A stretch of DNA of 64,000 nt from a virus, in IMG/VR virus record IMGVR_UViG_3300010354_000061, positions 14,848-78,847 of that record. One strand, given 5' to 3'. A program made the position numbers and the translations under genes. This document shows positions 30,470 through 39,628 of the stretch, one piece after another. The notes under the pieces were generated by a model. It searched no databases and was not told the origin of the DNA. It saw only the letters and a program-made list of their open reading frames with translations. Positions within the stretch are counted from its first letter, which is position 1. Each line of letters begins with the position of its first letter.

Positions 30470-30783
30470 TTGAATAACAGTAGAGCAAGTAGCACAGCTT
30501 GTACAATGAAACCAACACCGATTCCGGCCGACATGATGGTATCTTTTTGCATTAGAGCTCGACAGAACCATACAGCAAGGCCTGCCCAGATGAATAGAAC
30601 GATGTCTATTGATGGAAGCTTATCGATTGTTCCGTTTTGAGCTGCAATGAGTGTTGGAATTGTAGCAAGATGGATGAACACCATTCCAATAATATCCAGA
30701 GATCTAATCGTACCGGTGACTAGATCATTCCATAGCTGCTTCAATGACTGCGATGAGAACGACATCCCAGTTACTTTATTCAT
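30466..30783 (-). CDS. Small membrane protein
   Basis: Three hydrophobic segments; translationally coupled to neighbours. Confidence 0.6.
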   Translation of the reverse strand: MNKVTGMSFSSQSLKQLWNDLVTGTIRSLDIIGMVFIHLATIPTLIAAQNGTIDKLPSIDIVLFIWAGLAVWFCRALMQKDTIMSAGIGVGFIVQAVLLALLLFK

Positions 30784-31309
30784 AAAATATGTGCCTTCCT
30801 ATTTTTCCAATTCGCTTTTTCTTCCAACCAGGGTTAACATAGTCAGCATGGTAGTATAATGCATCCTGTAAAAGTTCTAAACGGAAGTCCTCCAAAAGAA
30901 CTTTCTTTGCTGCTATGTATGATTCCTCGTACGATTTTGTATTCGTAGGAGCTAAACTTGAAGGATGAAGACAGTGCCAGGAAAATTGGCAGACAGTCTT
31001 CGACATTAGCGTATCTTTCTGATAGACAACCTTGCAGATATCTTTAGGAAAGTGTGGGGAGTTCGACCTATTGATTGTAACTTGAGCTACAGCTACTTTA
31101 CCCTCAAAAGATTCCACACCAGCCTCATGATAAACGTTTAGAGCTAAACACTTAAGTTGTCTTTCCCTCTCTGCTGCTGTTATAAACTCCTTACCTTGAT
31201 ACTTATTGGTGAAACGTGATATAGCAGAATTTGTGGCAACAAATCCAACAAATAGTCCAATTGCCACACACGCGATCGTAGCGATCGCGCTGACGGTTCT
31301 TTGAGACAT
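30776..31309 (-). CDS. SleB/Hydrolase_2 cell wall hydrolase with N-terminal TM anchor
   Basis: CLALNVYHEA..E...GKVAVAQV..NR, IC.VVYQ, CQFSW, ALYYHADYVNP.W, IGRHIFY. Confidence 0.9.
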   Translation of the reverse strand: MSQRTVSAIATIACVAIGLFVGFVATNSAISRFTNKYQGKEFITAAERERQLKCLALNVYHEAGVESFEGKVAVAQVTINRSNSPHFPKDICKVVYQKDTLMSKTVCQFSWHCLHPSSLAPTNTKSYEESYIAAKKVLLEDFRLELLQDALYYHADYVNPGWKKKRIGKIGRHIFYE

Positions 31310-31329
31310 TTTTGTTCCTCTGTTGTTAA

Positions 31330-31630
31330 AAAGAAAGAGGTGTTTCTGTTTCCAGGTACACCTCCGAAACCCAGATAGCCGATATTAGGCGGCCATCAGA
31401 TAAGTGTCTTCATTGGCACTTATGATTTTGCGCTTTTACGGTAGTCGCCTTCCGGGTTGCCATATAGCCATACTCCCTGCCCGTCGAAACCAATTCAGGC
31501 CCATCAGAAGCATACTATTCTTGATTTAATCAAGTGCCTTCGTTAGGGTCTGCAATAGTGTGCTTTTGGTGGACCTGCCCGGAATTGAACCGGGGTCCGA
31601 ACAGCTTTCTTTCTACACAGTTTACAACCA
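31330..31630 (-). ncRNA. ssrA: Circularly permuted (two-piece) tmRNA; tag (A)ANEDTYLMAA*
   Basis: Acceptor piece ends GGTTCAATTCCGGGCAGGTCCACCA at 31567; intervening hairpin; coding piece starts GGGCCTGAATTGGTTTCGAC at 31502; G3.U70 stem; tag 31417-31385 after ATAAGT. Outer ends approximate. Confidence 0.9.
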
Positions 31631-31780
31631 TTCACCTACAGTGAGGCCCTTTTCCGTGGCCCACTTGTTAGCCTCTTCCATATGTTCAAAGACAGGGCTT
31701 GCTAAAGTGTCTTCCTCATTAACCCAAAACCATATGTCAGCGTGGCTCATACCATCGTTGTACTTTATAAGTTTCAACAT
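31622..31780 (-). CDS. Small hypothetical protein (52 aa; not in ORF track)
   Basis: MLKLIKYNDGMSHADIWFWVNEEDTLASPVFEHMEEANKWATEKGLTVGEWL*. Confidence 0.55.
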   Translation of the reverse strand: MLKLIKYNDGMSHADIWFWVNEEDTLASPVFEHMEEANKWATEKGLTVGEWL

Positions 31781-31815
31781 ATTATTTCAACAACAAAATT
31801 ATTTTGGTATATTAC

Positions 31816-32346
31816 TTATCTTAAAAACGTCGGTACAGGCCGTTTAGACCATTTTGCTAAGTGTTCCTTACCGTACTTGTAGTAGTTACGATAAGAGACG
31901 ATTGAACTGCCTTTAACTTTGTAGTCATTAGGCATTGCCGGTGTTGGTTCTGTAAAATGGCTGTTAGGAATATTGGTTGGCAAGTTTGCTAAAGGACCAA
32001 GCAGTGCGGATGATTTGTGTTGCCTACCGTAACGAAACGTGTATTCATCCAATAAGCACTCAAACAACCGATACAGCCACTGATAATTGCTGCTAGCCGA
32101 ACGCACCCACAAAGCAGAAGGATGTTTCATATGAGCAGCTTCATAGATTGTTGAGTCTCGCTCGTCGTTTAACTTCCACCTAACAACAGTTTTCTTTCCT
32201 GTCTTGGTGGTGTACGGCTTGCCATCCAACACACGATGAGCTGTAGAAAGCAATTGTGCGTACTCAACAATCATCTTCACACAATGCTTGTCATTATGCA
32301 TTTCTGCACAACGACGTTGATCGTGGTCGAGATAGAAGATGTTCAC
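31816..32346 (-). CDS. Pyrimidine-dimer DNA glycosylase-like protein
   Basis: MNIFYLD.....CA..H.DKH.VKM..EYAQLLSTAH, HPS..WVR....NY.WL, EYT.RYG..H. Confidence 0.75.
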   Translation of the reverse strand: MNIFYLDHDQRRCAEMHNDKHCVKMIVEYAQLLSTAHRVLDGKPYTTKTGKKTVVRWKLNDERDSTIYEAAHMKHPSALWVRSASSNYQWLYRLFECLLDEYTFRYGRQHKSSALLGPLANLPTNIPNSHFTEPTPAMPNDYKVKGSSIVSYRNYYKYGKEHLAKWSKRPVPTFLR

Positions 32347-32534
32347 GCTGTCATTTCTAGCTGGAACTTATCCCGTTCAGACCCGCTAGTATACGTACCA
32401 TCGACAAACGAGTTCCAAAACAGTCGCGCCCTGGCAAGCTCTTTGAAGTACATGTTCTCGTTCCAACGACGAAGCTGATACGTCTTGAAATCTTCATCTG
32501 GATAACGAGCTGGATTAAAAGGATGAGTTGTCAT
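32343..32534 (-). CDS. Hypothetical protein
   Basis: ORF with AGGAG RBS behind early promoter at 32591. Confidence 0.55.
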   Translation of the reverse strand: MTTHPFNPARYPDEDFKTYQLRRWNENMYFKELARARLFWNSFVDGTYTSGSERDKFQLEMTA

Positions 32535-32596
32535 TGTGGCTCCTATTGTTTTCCCTGGACAGGGGAATCATAACGAGTAAAAAATAAAAAGTCAAC

Positions 32597-32628
32597 AAAA
32601 AAAGCCACGCGCCTTTCGACGCGTGGCC
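32597..32628 (-). terminator. Rho-independent terminator
   Basis: GCCACGCG-TCGAAAGG-CGCGTGGC followed by T7. Confidence 0.8.
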
Positions 32629-32640
32629 AACTTGCTGTGA

Positions 32641-33600
32641 TTAAGCCGCGTTGGCGTACTCAACAGCAGTTTCAAGGGCTTTGATCTTGAGGTTGCGGTT
32701 CTGACCAAACCAAGCAGACTTGAGACGCGTATCGTTCGAACGACCAATCTCATGATCAGTGAGGAAGGTAACAGCATTGAACGCATTCCACCAAGTACCA
32801 CGAGCAAACTCAGCACCAGGCTGGGCTTCAACAATCTCGACAGCTCGTGCTGCAGACTTCGACAGCTCTTTCTTGCTTTGTTCTTTCTGCGTGATTACAG
32901 GGAACACTGAAGACATATACTCTTTGAGCTTTTGTTCCGTGTACTTCTTGACACCGAGGAACTCGGCCATCTCCTTATACTTCGCCAGCTTGTTGCTAGC
33001 GATACCAAGCGTTTCCTTAGCAGTGTTAGCATCAAACACACGACGATGCGATTGCTTAAACACTTGTTCAGAGCGAGAGTTAATAGCGAGAGTCAAGGTG
33101 TTATTACACACTACACGGATCGGTGTAAACCGAATGTCGATCCCCTGACCAAACTTGTGGGGATTGGTAAACAGTAGATAGGATTCAACCGTGTCCTTCT
33201 TGAACACAGTAAAGCCATCGTTTACCTTAGCAAGCGCCCACACAATACGACCACCATCGAGCGAGCCAGCAGTGTGCATTTGCATGTCACCAGCTTCGAC
33301 AAACTCACTAAAGAAATCAAACGCGTCTTGGTTCTGCACAGGGTTCCAGTCGTTCGACACAACACCAAGAACCTTGTGGTCAGTCATCCGAGTAAGAGCA
33401 GACCAGCCGACAGAAACCTTCTTACCGTCGATAGTTGAATATGCAGGAATTTTTTGAACTTCCCAATCAAGCTCGGCAGCTTTGAGCATTTGGTCGGTCG
33501 AGAGATCAGCAGGAACTTCTTTACCAAGCCCATGCCACGGCACCTCGCCAGCATAGGCCATTTTTGCAACACCATTCACAATTTCAAGTTTGTGTGCCAT
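32641..33600 (-). CDS. DUF932 family phage/plasmid protein
   Basis: PWHGLG, A.LDW.V, LGVVS..W.PVQN..AF.F, TAGSL.GG..VW.LA, TPIRVVCNNTL, GTWW.AFNAVT. Confidence 0.9.
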   Translation of the reverse strand: MAHKLEIVNGVAKMAYAGEVPWHGLGKEVPADLSTDQMLKAAELDWEVQKIPAYSTIDGKKVSVGWSALTRMTDHKVLGVVSNDWNPVQNQDAFDFFSEFVEAGDMQMHTAGSLDGGRIVWALAKVNDGFTVFKKDTVESYLLFTNPHKFGQGIDIRFTPIRVVCNNTLTLAINSRSEQVFKQSHRRVFDANTAKETLGIASNKLAKYKEMAEFLGVKKYTEQKLKEYMSSVFPVITQKEQSKKELSKSAARAVEIVEAQPGAEFARGTWWNAFNAVTFLTDHEIGRSNDTRLKSAWFGQNRNLKIKALETAVEYANAA

Positions 33601-33670
33601 AATATAATCTCCTAAGTGTTTATCAATTAACTACAATGACCATTCTAGACTTTTTGTGAAAAAAAGTCAA

Positions 33671-34426
33671 CTATATTGAGTAAGATCCACTTATTTGTGC
33701 GTAATGAATAGTAAGTGGTGAACTATTACCACCATAGTAACTGAGAGTAACGTTCATGCCAATACTAATAAAATGGTCTGTTCGTGATAATTTGCCGGTG
33801 TTCCATTGACCTGTGGTTCCTATACTCCACCCACCTACTGACCCAAATGATACAGGATTGCTTAGTGAGTAACTTAATGTGACTGTGCCAGTTTTAATTC
33901 TAGATCCACTAAATGCACCGGAAAGTGATGTCAAACCATTTTGGTTACCATAATCAGTAACAGAAGCAAAAGGGTAGCCAACAGGCTTAATTGCAGGAAC
34001 TATAGCAAAATTAGTGCTCGAATCAACCACAACAAACGAATCATATGTTACTCCGATAGTAACTGTCATGTTTTGTGTTTGAACAGTGGCATTAGCATAA
34101 GCTGTTGTATCATAAACATCAACATCAAGAGCTCCCACACTAAATTGTGTACCTTGTGTATATGCAGGAACATAATAGGAGCCACCTGAAGCAACAAAAT
34201 TTGTAGTATAAAAAGAATCGGTTCTTGTTCGAGAAGGAGCAACCTGTCCACTATCATATGTTCTTGTTCTGTTTTTGTTTTGAAGATCACTATATGATAT
34301 AGTACCAGACGTTCGGTTAGCTAAACGTCTCACCCTTTCTCCGTTGAGCACCACTATGTTTGTTGGTGATCTATCCAATTCTATATTAATATCACTTGCT
34401 GCTATTTGACCGGATGGAGTAGTCAT
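33671..34426 (-). CDS. Putative tail fibre tip/adhesin-like virion protein
   Basis: N-term SGQI..SDIN.EL.....RRLA...SGTIS.SDL module; Ser/Thr/Gly beta-rich body; CATAAATA at 34452-34459. Confidence 0.55.
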   Translation of the reverse strand: MTTPSGQIAASDINIELDRSPTNIVVLNGERVRRLANRTSGTISYSDLQNKNRTRTYDSGQVAPSRTRTDSFYTTNFVASGGSYYVPAYTQGTQFSVGALDVDVYDTTAYANATVQTQNMTVTIGVTYDSFVVVDSSTNFAIVPAIKPVGYPFASVTDYGNQNGLTSLSGAFSGSRIKTGTVTLSYSLSNPVSFGSVGGWSIGTTGQWNTGKLSRTDHFISIGMNVTLSYYGGNSSPLTIHYAQISGSYSI

Positions 34427-34470
34427 AAATCCTCCTAGTTTTGTTACAAACTATTTATGAGGATTTGACC

Positions 34471-34758
34471 TTAGGGATACACCTTTTCAAGAAGAAGGCC
34501 AAGAACTTTGCGAGTGTCTTTATCGTTGGCGCCATAAATGCTAAATTGCTCCATCAGCTGATCCATGAACGTTTTTAGCTGTTCTTTCGACATACCTTTG
34601 TTATAACCTTGATTGAAACGGCCATTCAAAAAAGAAGCGACCTTTTCAATCGTGTGACGAGGAAACGATTCAGTATACAAGTCCCACTGACTTGCTGATA
34701 GATTAACATTAACAAGCGTAGACATGCGTATGTTCTTTTCAATGCTGAAAATATTCAT
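34471..34758 (-). CDS. Hypothetical protein
   Basis: ORF in minus-strand operon. Confidence 0.55.
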   Translation of the reverse strand: MNIFSIEKNIRMSTLVNVNLSASQWDLYTESFPRHTIEKVASFLNGRFNQGYNKGMSKEQLKTFMDQLMEQFSIYGANDKDTRKVLGLLLEKVYP

Positions 34759-34761
34759 TAT

Positions 34762-34959
34762 TTAACCTTTTTTATTCCAAAGACGCAAAAATGCAACACC
34801 AGCATAAACAGCTCCAGCCGCAAAAGTAATCAAATCATACCAATAATGATACCATTCATAAAATATCACATCAATAGCAACTTGGCAAAACGAATGTGTA
34901 AACACAGCAACTGCAAACCAATGTAACCACAACCACATAATTCTTTTATCCATCAACAA
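34762..34959 (-). CDS. Small membrane protein
   Basis: Two aromatic hydrophobic segments; behind promoter at 35012. Confidence 0.5.
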   Translation of the reverse strand: MLMDKRIMWLWLHWFAVAVFTHSFCQVAIDVIFYEWYHYWYDLITFAAGAVYAGVAFLRLWNKKG

Positions 34960-35020
34960 ATCTCCATAATTTTATCACAACATTTACATTGTACTAAATT
35001 AGAAGAAAAATGTCAACAAT

Positions 35021-35048
35021 AAAAAAAGGCCCCGAAGGGCCTTTTTTG
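35021..35048. terminator. Bidirectional terminator with UUCG loop
   Basis: A7-GGCCCCGAAGGGCC-T7. Confidence 0.85.
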
Positions 35049-35249
35049 TTACTTCTTGGGTTCTTCTTTCTTTGGCTCTTTCTTAGGTTCCTCTTTTTTA
35101 GCAGGTTCCTTTTTTGGGGCATCTTTGGGAGCAGGAGCTTCTTTCTTTGGTTCAGCCTTTGGGGGCTCTACTTTCTTTGGTTCCTGGCCAAAAACTGGAG
35201 CGGTAAGACCCAAAGCTACAATACCAGCAACTAGCATATTCGACTTCAT
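35049..35249 (-). CDS. Small secreted Lys/Glu/Pro-rich peptide
   Basis: Signal peptide MKSNMLVAGIVALGLTAPVFG, then EPKK repeats. Confidence 0.7.
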   Translation of the reverse strand: MKSNMLVAGIVALGLTAPVFGQEPKKVEPPKAEPKKEAPAPKDAPKKEPAKKEEPKKEPKKEEPKK

Positions 35250-35260
35250 ATTTTTCTCCT

Positions 35261-36247
35261 TTAACAGTTAGCTACAACTTCACTACCTTTGTCGTAAAAT
35301 TGGAAATCATATATTTTACACTCAGTACCTTCTGTCACAGCACTCATAACGTCACTACGCTTATCTTTCTTAACGTAAAAGATAAAAAACCCGCCACCAC
35401 CGGCACCCAACAACTTACCACCCAAAGCACCGGCCTCGATAGCCTTGTTGTAAACATTATCGAAGTAGTCGTTACTGATAGACTCCACGATTGTTTTCTT
35501 AGTTTGCCATCCCTCGTGAAACAAATGACCAATGTCATCAAACTGACCGTTCAAAATACTGTTGTAAGCTTGATATGCCTTATCTCTGTTGGCTCTTACT
35601 TTATCGAACTTACTCTTATCAATAAGTGAGTCGCGCTGCTTCTGAAGAATGCTGTTTGCTGATCTTCCTCGACCGCTATACACAAGAAGGAGATTTTGAT
35701 TGAATTCAAACATCCGTTGGTCGTTGATATTAACAGCAGTGTTGGTTACTGATCCGTCAGTATGAAACTCAAATAAATTCATACCACCAAAGGCAGCTGC
35801 ATACTGATCCTGCTTGCCTATTGGATACCCACATCGATCTATTTCAATCTCACAGGCAACATCAGCTAGATATTGTTTCGTAATGTGACCCCACCGAAGA
35901 GTTGCGAGAGCGTTTACAAGACCTACAGTAAACGTTGATGAAGAACCAAGACCTGACCCTTTAGAAAGAATGTCTGATATAGAGGCAACAGTAATTTCTT
36001 TCTTGTAGTTAAAGTATGTGAACGCTTCTTTAGAAATTTCATGCTGCATTGTTTCAACATCGGGTGTTTCCTCAATCTTGTCATACATTGCTTTGATGCC
36101 AAGATGGGGAGTTCGGTGAACACAAACATAAACAAACTTATCAATTGTAACAGACAACGCTGCTCCCTTCTCTTTCTCATAGAAAGAGCTCATATCGCTG
36201 CCTCCACTAAAGAGGCTCATACGGAGAGGAGTTTTAGTGACTATCAT
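35261..36247 (-). CDS. hddA: D-glycero-alpha-D-manno-heptose-7-phosphate kinase (GHMP family)
   Basis: TPLR.S..GGSD, GSGLGSSS, IGKQDQYAAAFGG, GGKLLGAGGGGF. Confidence 0.85.
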   Translation of the reverse strand: MIVTKTPLRMSLFSGGSDMSSFYEKEKGAALSVTIDKFVYVCVHRTPHLGIKAMYDKIEETPDVETMQHEISKEAFTYFNYKKEITVASISDILSKGSGLGSSSTFTVGLVNALATLRWGHITKQYLADVACEIEIDRCGYPIGKQDQYAAAFGGMNLFEFHTDGSVTNTAVNINDQRMFEFNQNLLLVYSGRGRSANSILQKQRDSLIDKSKFDKVRANRDKAYQAYNSILNGQFDDIGHLFHEGWQTKKTIVESISNDYFDNVYNKAIEAGALGGKLLGAGGGGFFIFYVKKDKRSDVMSAVTEGTECKIYDFQFYDKGSEVVANC

Positions 36248-36981
36248 AGTTTAATGTTGAAACCCGACTTAACAGCATCATCATAGAACATCTTTACCGT
36301 TTCGTAGGAAAACTGAGTAAGATCTTTACCAAACGTGTTAAGTTTCTTGATTAGTTGGGGGGTCATTGTAATGATATCGCAGCCGCACAGTTCAGCTTGG
36401 ATAAAGTTGAATGGTTCACGAGGGGAAGCCCACAATGTTTGAATGTTACCATTCACGAAGCTGACATGACCAAGAACAGCAACGGCGTGTCTTACAATAC
36501 CAACAGGATCGACACCGGCATCGGCAATCCGTCCAGCAAAAATAGAAATGATTCCTTTTACGTTCGGATCAAGAGCTGCCGCAACGTTCTCAATTTGTTC
36601 TTTTGTAAAGACAGCTGTGACGTTACAATTTACACCAAGACGAGAAAGATCTTGAACCAAATCGTAAGTAGCAACTCGTTGTGTGTTCATTACAGGAATC
36701 TTAACATATACACGATACTTCTTCATTGCGCCCCACGACTGAATTTTTATTGCTTGCTGATGCATAACATCTAAGTCATCATCAAACACTTCAAGGCTTA
36801 AGCATGTTTCAGGTCGTGTGCTGGCTAGGTAGTCAATGCACTCATTAGCAAACACTTCATAATCAGTTACGCCAGCTTGGCGCATTAGAGTTGGATTAGT
36901 GGTGAAGCCAACGATTCGCGGATCATTTGCCGCTTGCTTGATCCCTTCCATGTCTGCACCATCTGCAAATAATTTAATCAT
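36244..36981 (-). CDS. tal: Transaldolase (short type)
   Basis: LFADGAD, GFTTNPTL, SLEV, VYVKIP, NVTAVF, SIFAGRIAD, LWASPRE. Confidence 0.9.
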   Translation of the reverse strand: MIKLFADGADMEGIKQAANDPRIVGFTTNPTLMRQAGVTDYEVFANECIDYLASTRPETCLSLEVFDDDLDVMHQQAIKIQSWGAMKKYRVYVKIPVMNTQRVATYDLVQDLSRLGVNCNVTAVFTKEQIENVAAALDPNVKGIISIFAGRIADAGVDPVGIVRHAVAVLGHVSFVNGNIQTLWASPREPFNFIQAELCGCDIITMTPQLIKKLNTFGKDLTQFSYETVKMFYDDAVKSGFNIKL

Positions 36982-37516
36982 AACTACACTCCTTTTGATT
37001 TATTATATAGCATGCCTCAAGTACATTGGCAACAACAAAATTAGGTTTTATTGATTCAAACTCTTCTGGAGGTGTATATGGACCGTTGCTTACATAGAAT
37101 GTTGTTAGCCCACTCCTATGACCGCACACTATATCTCGCCAGCTATCTCCAATTAGAAAGCTCTCATTACGATTGATGTTATATTGCCTACACAGCTTGT
37201 CAACCATCCCCGTGTTTGGTTTATAGCAATCCGCTCCACGTTCCTTGCAATACGTAATAGAATCAACACCCAACCGCTCATCGAGAATCTCATGCATTGT
37301 ATCTAACGCTCGTTGAGTCATTAGATTATCATTAATGTCAGGCTGGTTTGTTATGACGTGAGCTTGGAAACCCATTGCCTTGCAAAGCTTCACGGCTGCT
37401 CTTGCCTCTGAAATAATTTCAAACTCTTCAACAAGCCAAGCAGCCGTATAACGATCGCCGTGCTTGACCATCTTTGCAAGCACACCATCACGATCAAAAA
37501 ATATAGCTTTTACCAC
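36974..37516 (-). CDS. gmhB: Heptose-1,7-bisphosphate phosphatase (HAD-IIIA)
   Basis: FFDRDGV, ITNQPD, KPNTGM, IGDSWRDI..G. Confidence 0.88.
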   Translation of the reverse strand: MVKAIFFDRDGVLAKMVKHGDRYTAAWLVEEFEIISEARAAVKLCKAMGFQAHVITNQPDINDNLMTQRALDTMHEILDERLGVDSITYCKERGADCYKPNTGMVDKLCRQYNINRNESFLIGDSWRDIVCGHRSGLTTFYVSNGPYTPPEEFESIKPNFVVANVLEACYIINQKECSYD

Positions 37517-38094
37517 GTCGTCTTTTTAACTTGCAGCTTGGGATGGGAAACGATACAGTGCCAAACAACTGCTTGGAATGCTTCGCTGTGAGGAGTAACT
37601 CGTTCTGGGAATAATTCAGGCACTACTACAACATTGTCGCCGTTCAGTGCAGTGTAACCAGATCCTTTTCCAACAACCCCACAGACAGTAGCATGGCACT
37701 GCTTTGCATATTTAATTGCGTTGATAAGGTTCATAGAGATCTTGCGCTCTTCAGAACCTCCACCTACAGAAAAGATAAGCAGGCAATCGCTGGCAGTGAG
37801 ATTACTTGTACGAAGATATGCTTCGAAGATAGTTTCAAAGCCATCATCGTTTGTACGTGCTGTAAGTTCAGAAACGTTGTCCGTAGGAGCATATGCCTCT
37901 ATACCACAGAGCTTACGAAAGTCATTAACAGCATGGGAGGCATTACCAGCTGATCCTCCAACACCCAGAACGAACAGTCGTCCCTTTCGCGTGCGGACAA
38001 GGGCCAACGCATCGACAATACTTTCTATTTTTTCTTTGGAGATTGTTTTTGCAATTTGTTCAACTTCAGTAAAAAATTGTTCGCTAAAGCTCAT
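37510..38094 (-). CDS. gmhA: Phosphoheptose isomerase (SIS domain)
   Basis: GVGGSAGNASHAVND, LTARTNDDG, SVGGG, TPHSEAFQ..WH. Confidence 0.85.
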   Translation of the reverse strand: MSFSEQFFTEVEQIAKTISKEKIESIVDALALVRTRKGRLFVLGVGGSAGNASHAVNDFRKLCGIEAYAPTDNVSELTARTNDDGFETIFEAYLRTSNLTASDCLLIFSVGGGSEERKISMNLINAIKYAKQCHATVCGVVGKGSGYTALNGDNVVVVPELFPERVTPHSEAFQAVVWHCIVSHPKLQVKKTTW

Positions 38095-38168
38095 AATGAC
38101 CTCACCATTTCATAAAGGAATGAGGGAGTCTATCTCACGACAGTCTCCCTCTGACATGCGTGTGCGTG

Positions 38169-38176
38169 TATTTATA
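38169..38176 (-). promoter_or_regulatory. T4-type late promoter for the heptose operon
   Basis: Exact TATAAATA ~75 bp upstream of gmhA. Confidence 0.7.
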
Positions 38177-38225
38177 AAGCTGTCGCACCCCAGCTTACGT
38201 TGGAGCTTATTGCTCCAACTCATTC

Positions 38226-38993
38226 TTACTTAGTAAGACCAGCATCCCTACGAGCAAGATATACGTACGTGTAAGCATACGACTTACTAATTTTAAGGTC
38301 TTGCATCACAAGGGCGACGATATCGCTAGTCTTCTTATCCTTGTTGGCTTCAAAGATTGCATTAACACGCGAACGATTAGTCACACTCTTTTCCTTAGGA
38401 GCCTTAACACCAGTAATATTAACAACGTTAGTTTGATTCTGAACAGCAGCTTCCATTTTGACACCTCCATTAATAAAGTTTACTCGAAGATCGCGGTACA
38501 CTTCCTTCCACAGCGCACCGTGCCCGCGATCGTCATCATCACCGTGCGCATATTTTATACTAGAAAAAACTTTCGTAATTAACGACCACTGAACGCAGTG
38601 AGCCAATTCGTGAGCAACAAGAGCCCAAATACACTGCTCTCTTGGAGCACCGGCCGGTAAGTTACCAATTTCTCGATCATCTGCAAATTCACTATATTCA
38701 CGAAAACAATCACTATTGTTCTCCAAAAAATAAATTCCTGCAAGCGACATCCAGGGTTTATATTCCCTGTCCTTCTTATAATACTTTACACCCCCATACG
38801 AACGGCGACGACGCTCGCTAAACGACATCGAAATATTGGGTGTCCAAGTATTGTCACCAATTTTCTGACGAATTGCTGGAACCATAGCATTACAAGCAGC
38901 CTGCACAGTCGACCGAACGATTTGTTTTTCGTTCTGAAGCCTGTTGAACGTCCTTGGCTTATATGCCTTCAACCACTTGTCAAGTAAATTCAT
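38226..38993 (-). CDS. SprT-like HExxH metalloprotein with C-terminal helical domain
   Basis: LVAHELAH...RGHGALWK. Confidence 0.65.
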   Translation of the reverse strand: MNLLDKWLKAYKPRTFNRLQNEKQIVRSTVQAACNAMVPAIRQKIGDNTWTPNISMSFSERRRRSYGGVKYYKKDREYKPWMSLAGIYFLENNSDCFREYSEFADDREIGNLPAGAPREQCIWALVAHELAHCVQWSLITKVFSSIKYAHGDDDDRGHGALWKEVYRDLRVNFINGGVKMEAAVQNQTNVVNITGVKAPKEKSVTNRSRVNAIFEANKDKKTSDIVALVMQDLKISKSYAYTYVYLARRDAGLTK

Positions 38994-39036
38994 GATTCCT
39001 ATTGTATATAAAGTCTCAAATTATGTCAACACATCC

Positions 39037-39120
39037 TGGTACCCGAGGCGGGACTCGAACCCACAAGGCCAAAGCCGGCAGATTTTAAGTCTGCTGTGTA
39101 TACCATTCCACCACTCGGGC
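39037..39120 (-). tRNA. tRNA-Leu(UAA)
   Basis: GCCCGAG...GCAGA-CTTAAAA-TCTGC, long variable arm, GGTTCGAGTCC, encoded CCA. Confidence 0.95.
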
Positions 39121-39169
39121 ATTAGAAACATCTTACATCATTGACAAAAACATGTCAACGAAAAGAAAG

Positions 39170-39177
39170 TATAAATA
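39170..39177 (+). promoter_or_regulatory. T4-type late promoter
   Basis: TATAAATA 32 bp before 39209. Confidence 0.75.
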
Positions 39178-39208
39178 ATCAGTCAATTTCCAAATTATAA
39201 GGCTACAA

Positions 39209-39628
39209 ATGTCGGATAAAATTAACAAATATGTTCAGTTTATTCAAAACGAGCAAAAAAGACTCAGTTATTCGACAATAACATCTCCTAAAGCCCTAAA
39301 AGAAGCAGTACCTGCGGCCGTGCCTCTTGCCTTGGGAGCTCTTGCTGGTGCGGCAACTTCTATACCTGCATACATTGCAGCTAAAAAAGTTGGAGCAGAG
39401 CTTGATAAAGCAAGAAAAGATGTTGAGATGGAAATGGAAAGACGAAAAAAATCTCAAAAACAAGATACAAGAGTGATGGGCAAACATGAAACAGAGAAAT
39501 TGAAAGCAATGCTTGGTTATGAAAAGGATAAGCCTCCCTCCTACGATTATAATTATGAACTTGCAGTGAAAAAAGCCGTTGAAAGTTCCAAAAAGCCCAA
39601 AGAGGATACAAATGACAAAGAAGATTGA
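39209..39628 (+). CDS. Putative internal head protein
   Basis: Late promoter; leader KINKYVQFIQNEQKRL...LKEA shared with next gene. Confidence 0.55.
   Translation: MSDKINKYVQFIQNEQKRLSYSTITSPKALKEAVPAAVPLALGALAGAATSIPAYIAAKKVGAELDKARKDVEMEMERRKKSQKQDTRVMGKHETEKLKAMLGYEKDKPPSYDYNYELAVKKAVESSKKPKEDTNDKED

Noticed and set aside
31560-31847. 95-aa + strand ORF
   Set aside because: Antisense to the tmRNA acceptor piece and the 52-aa gene
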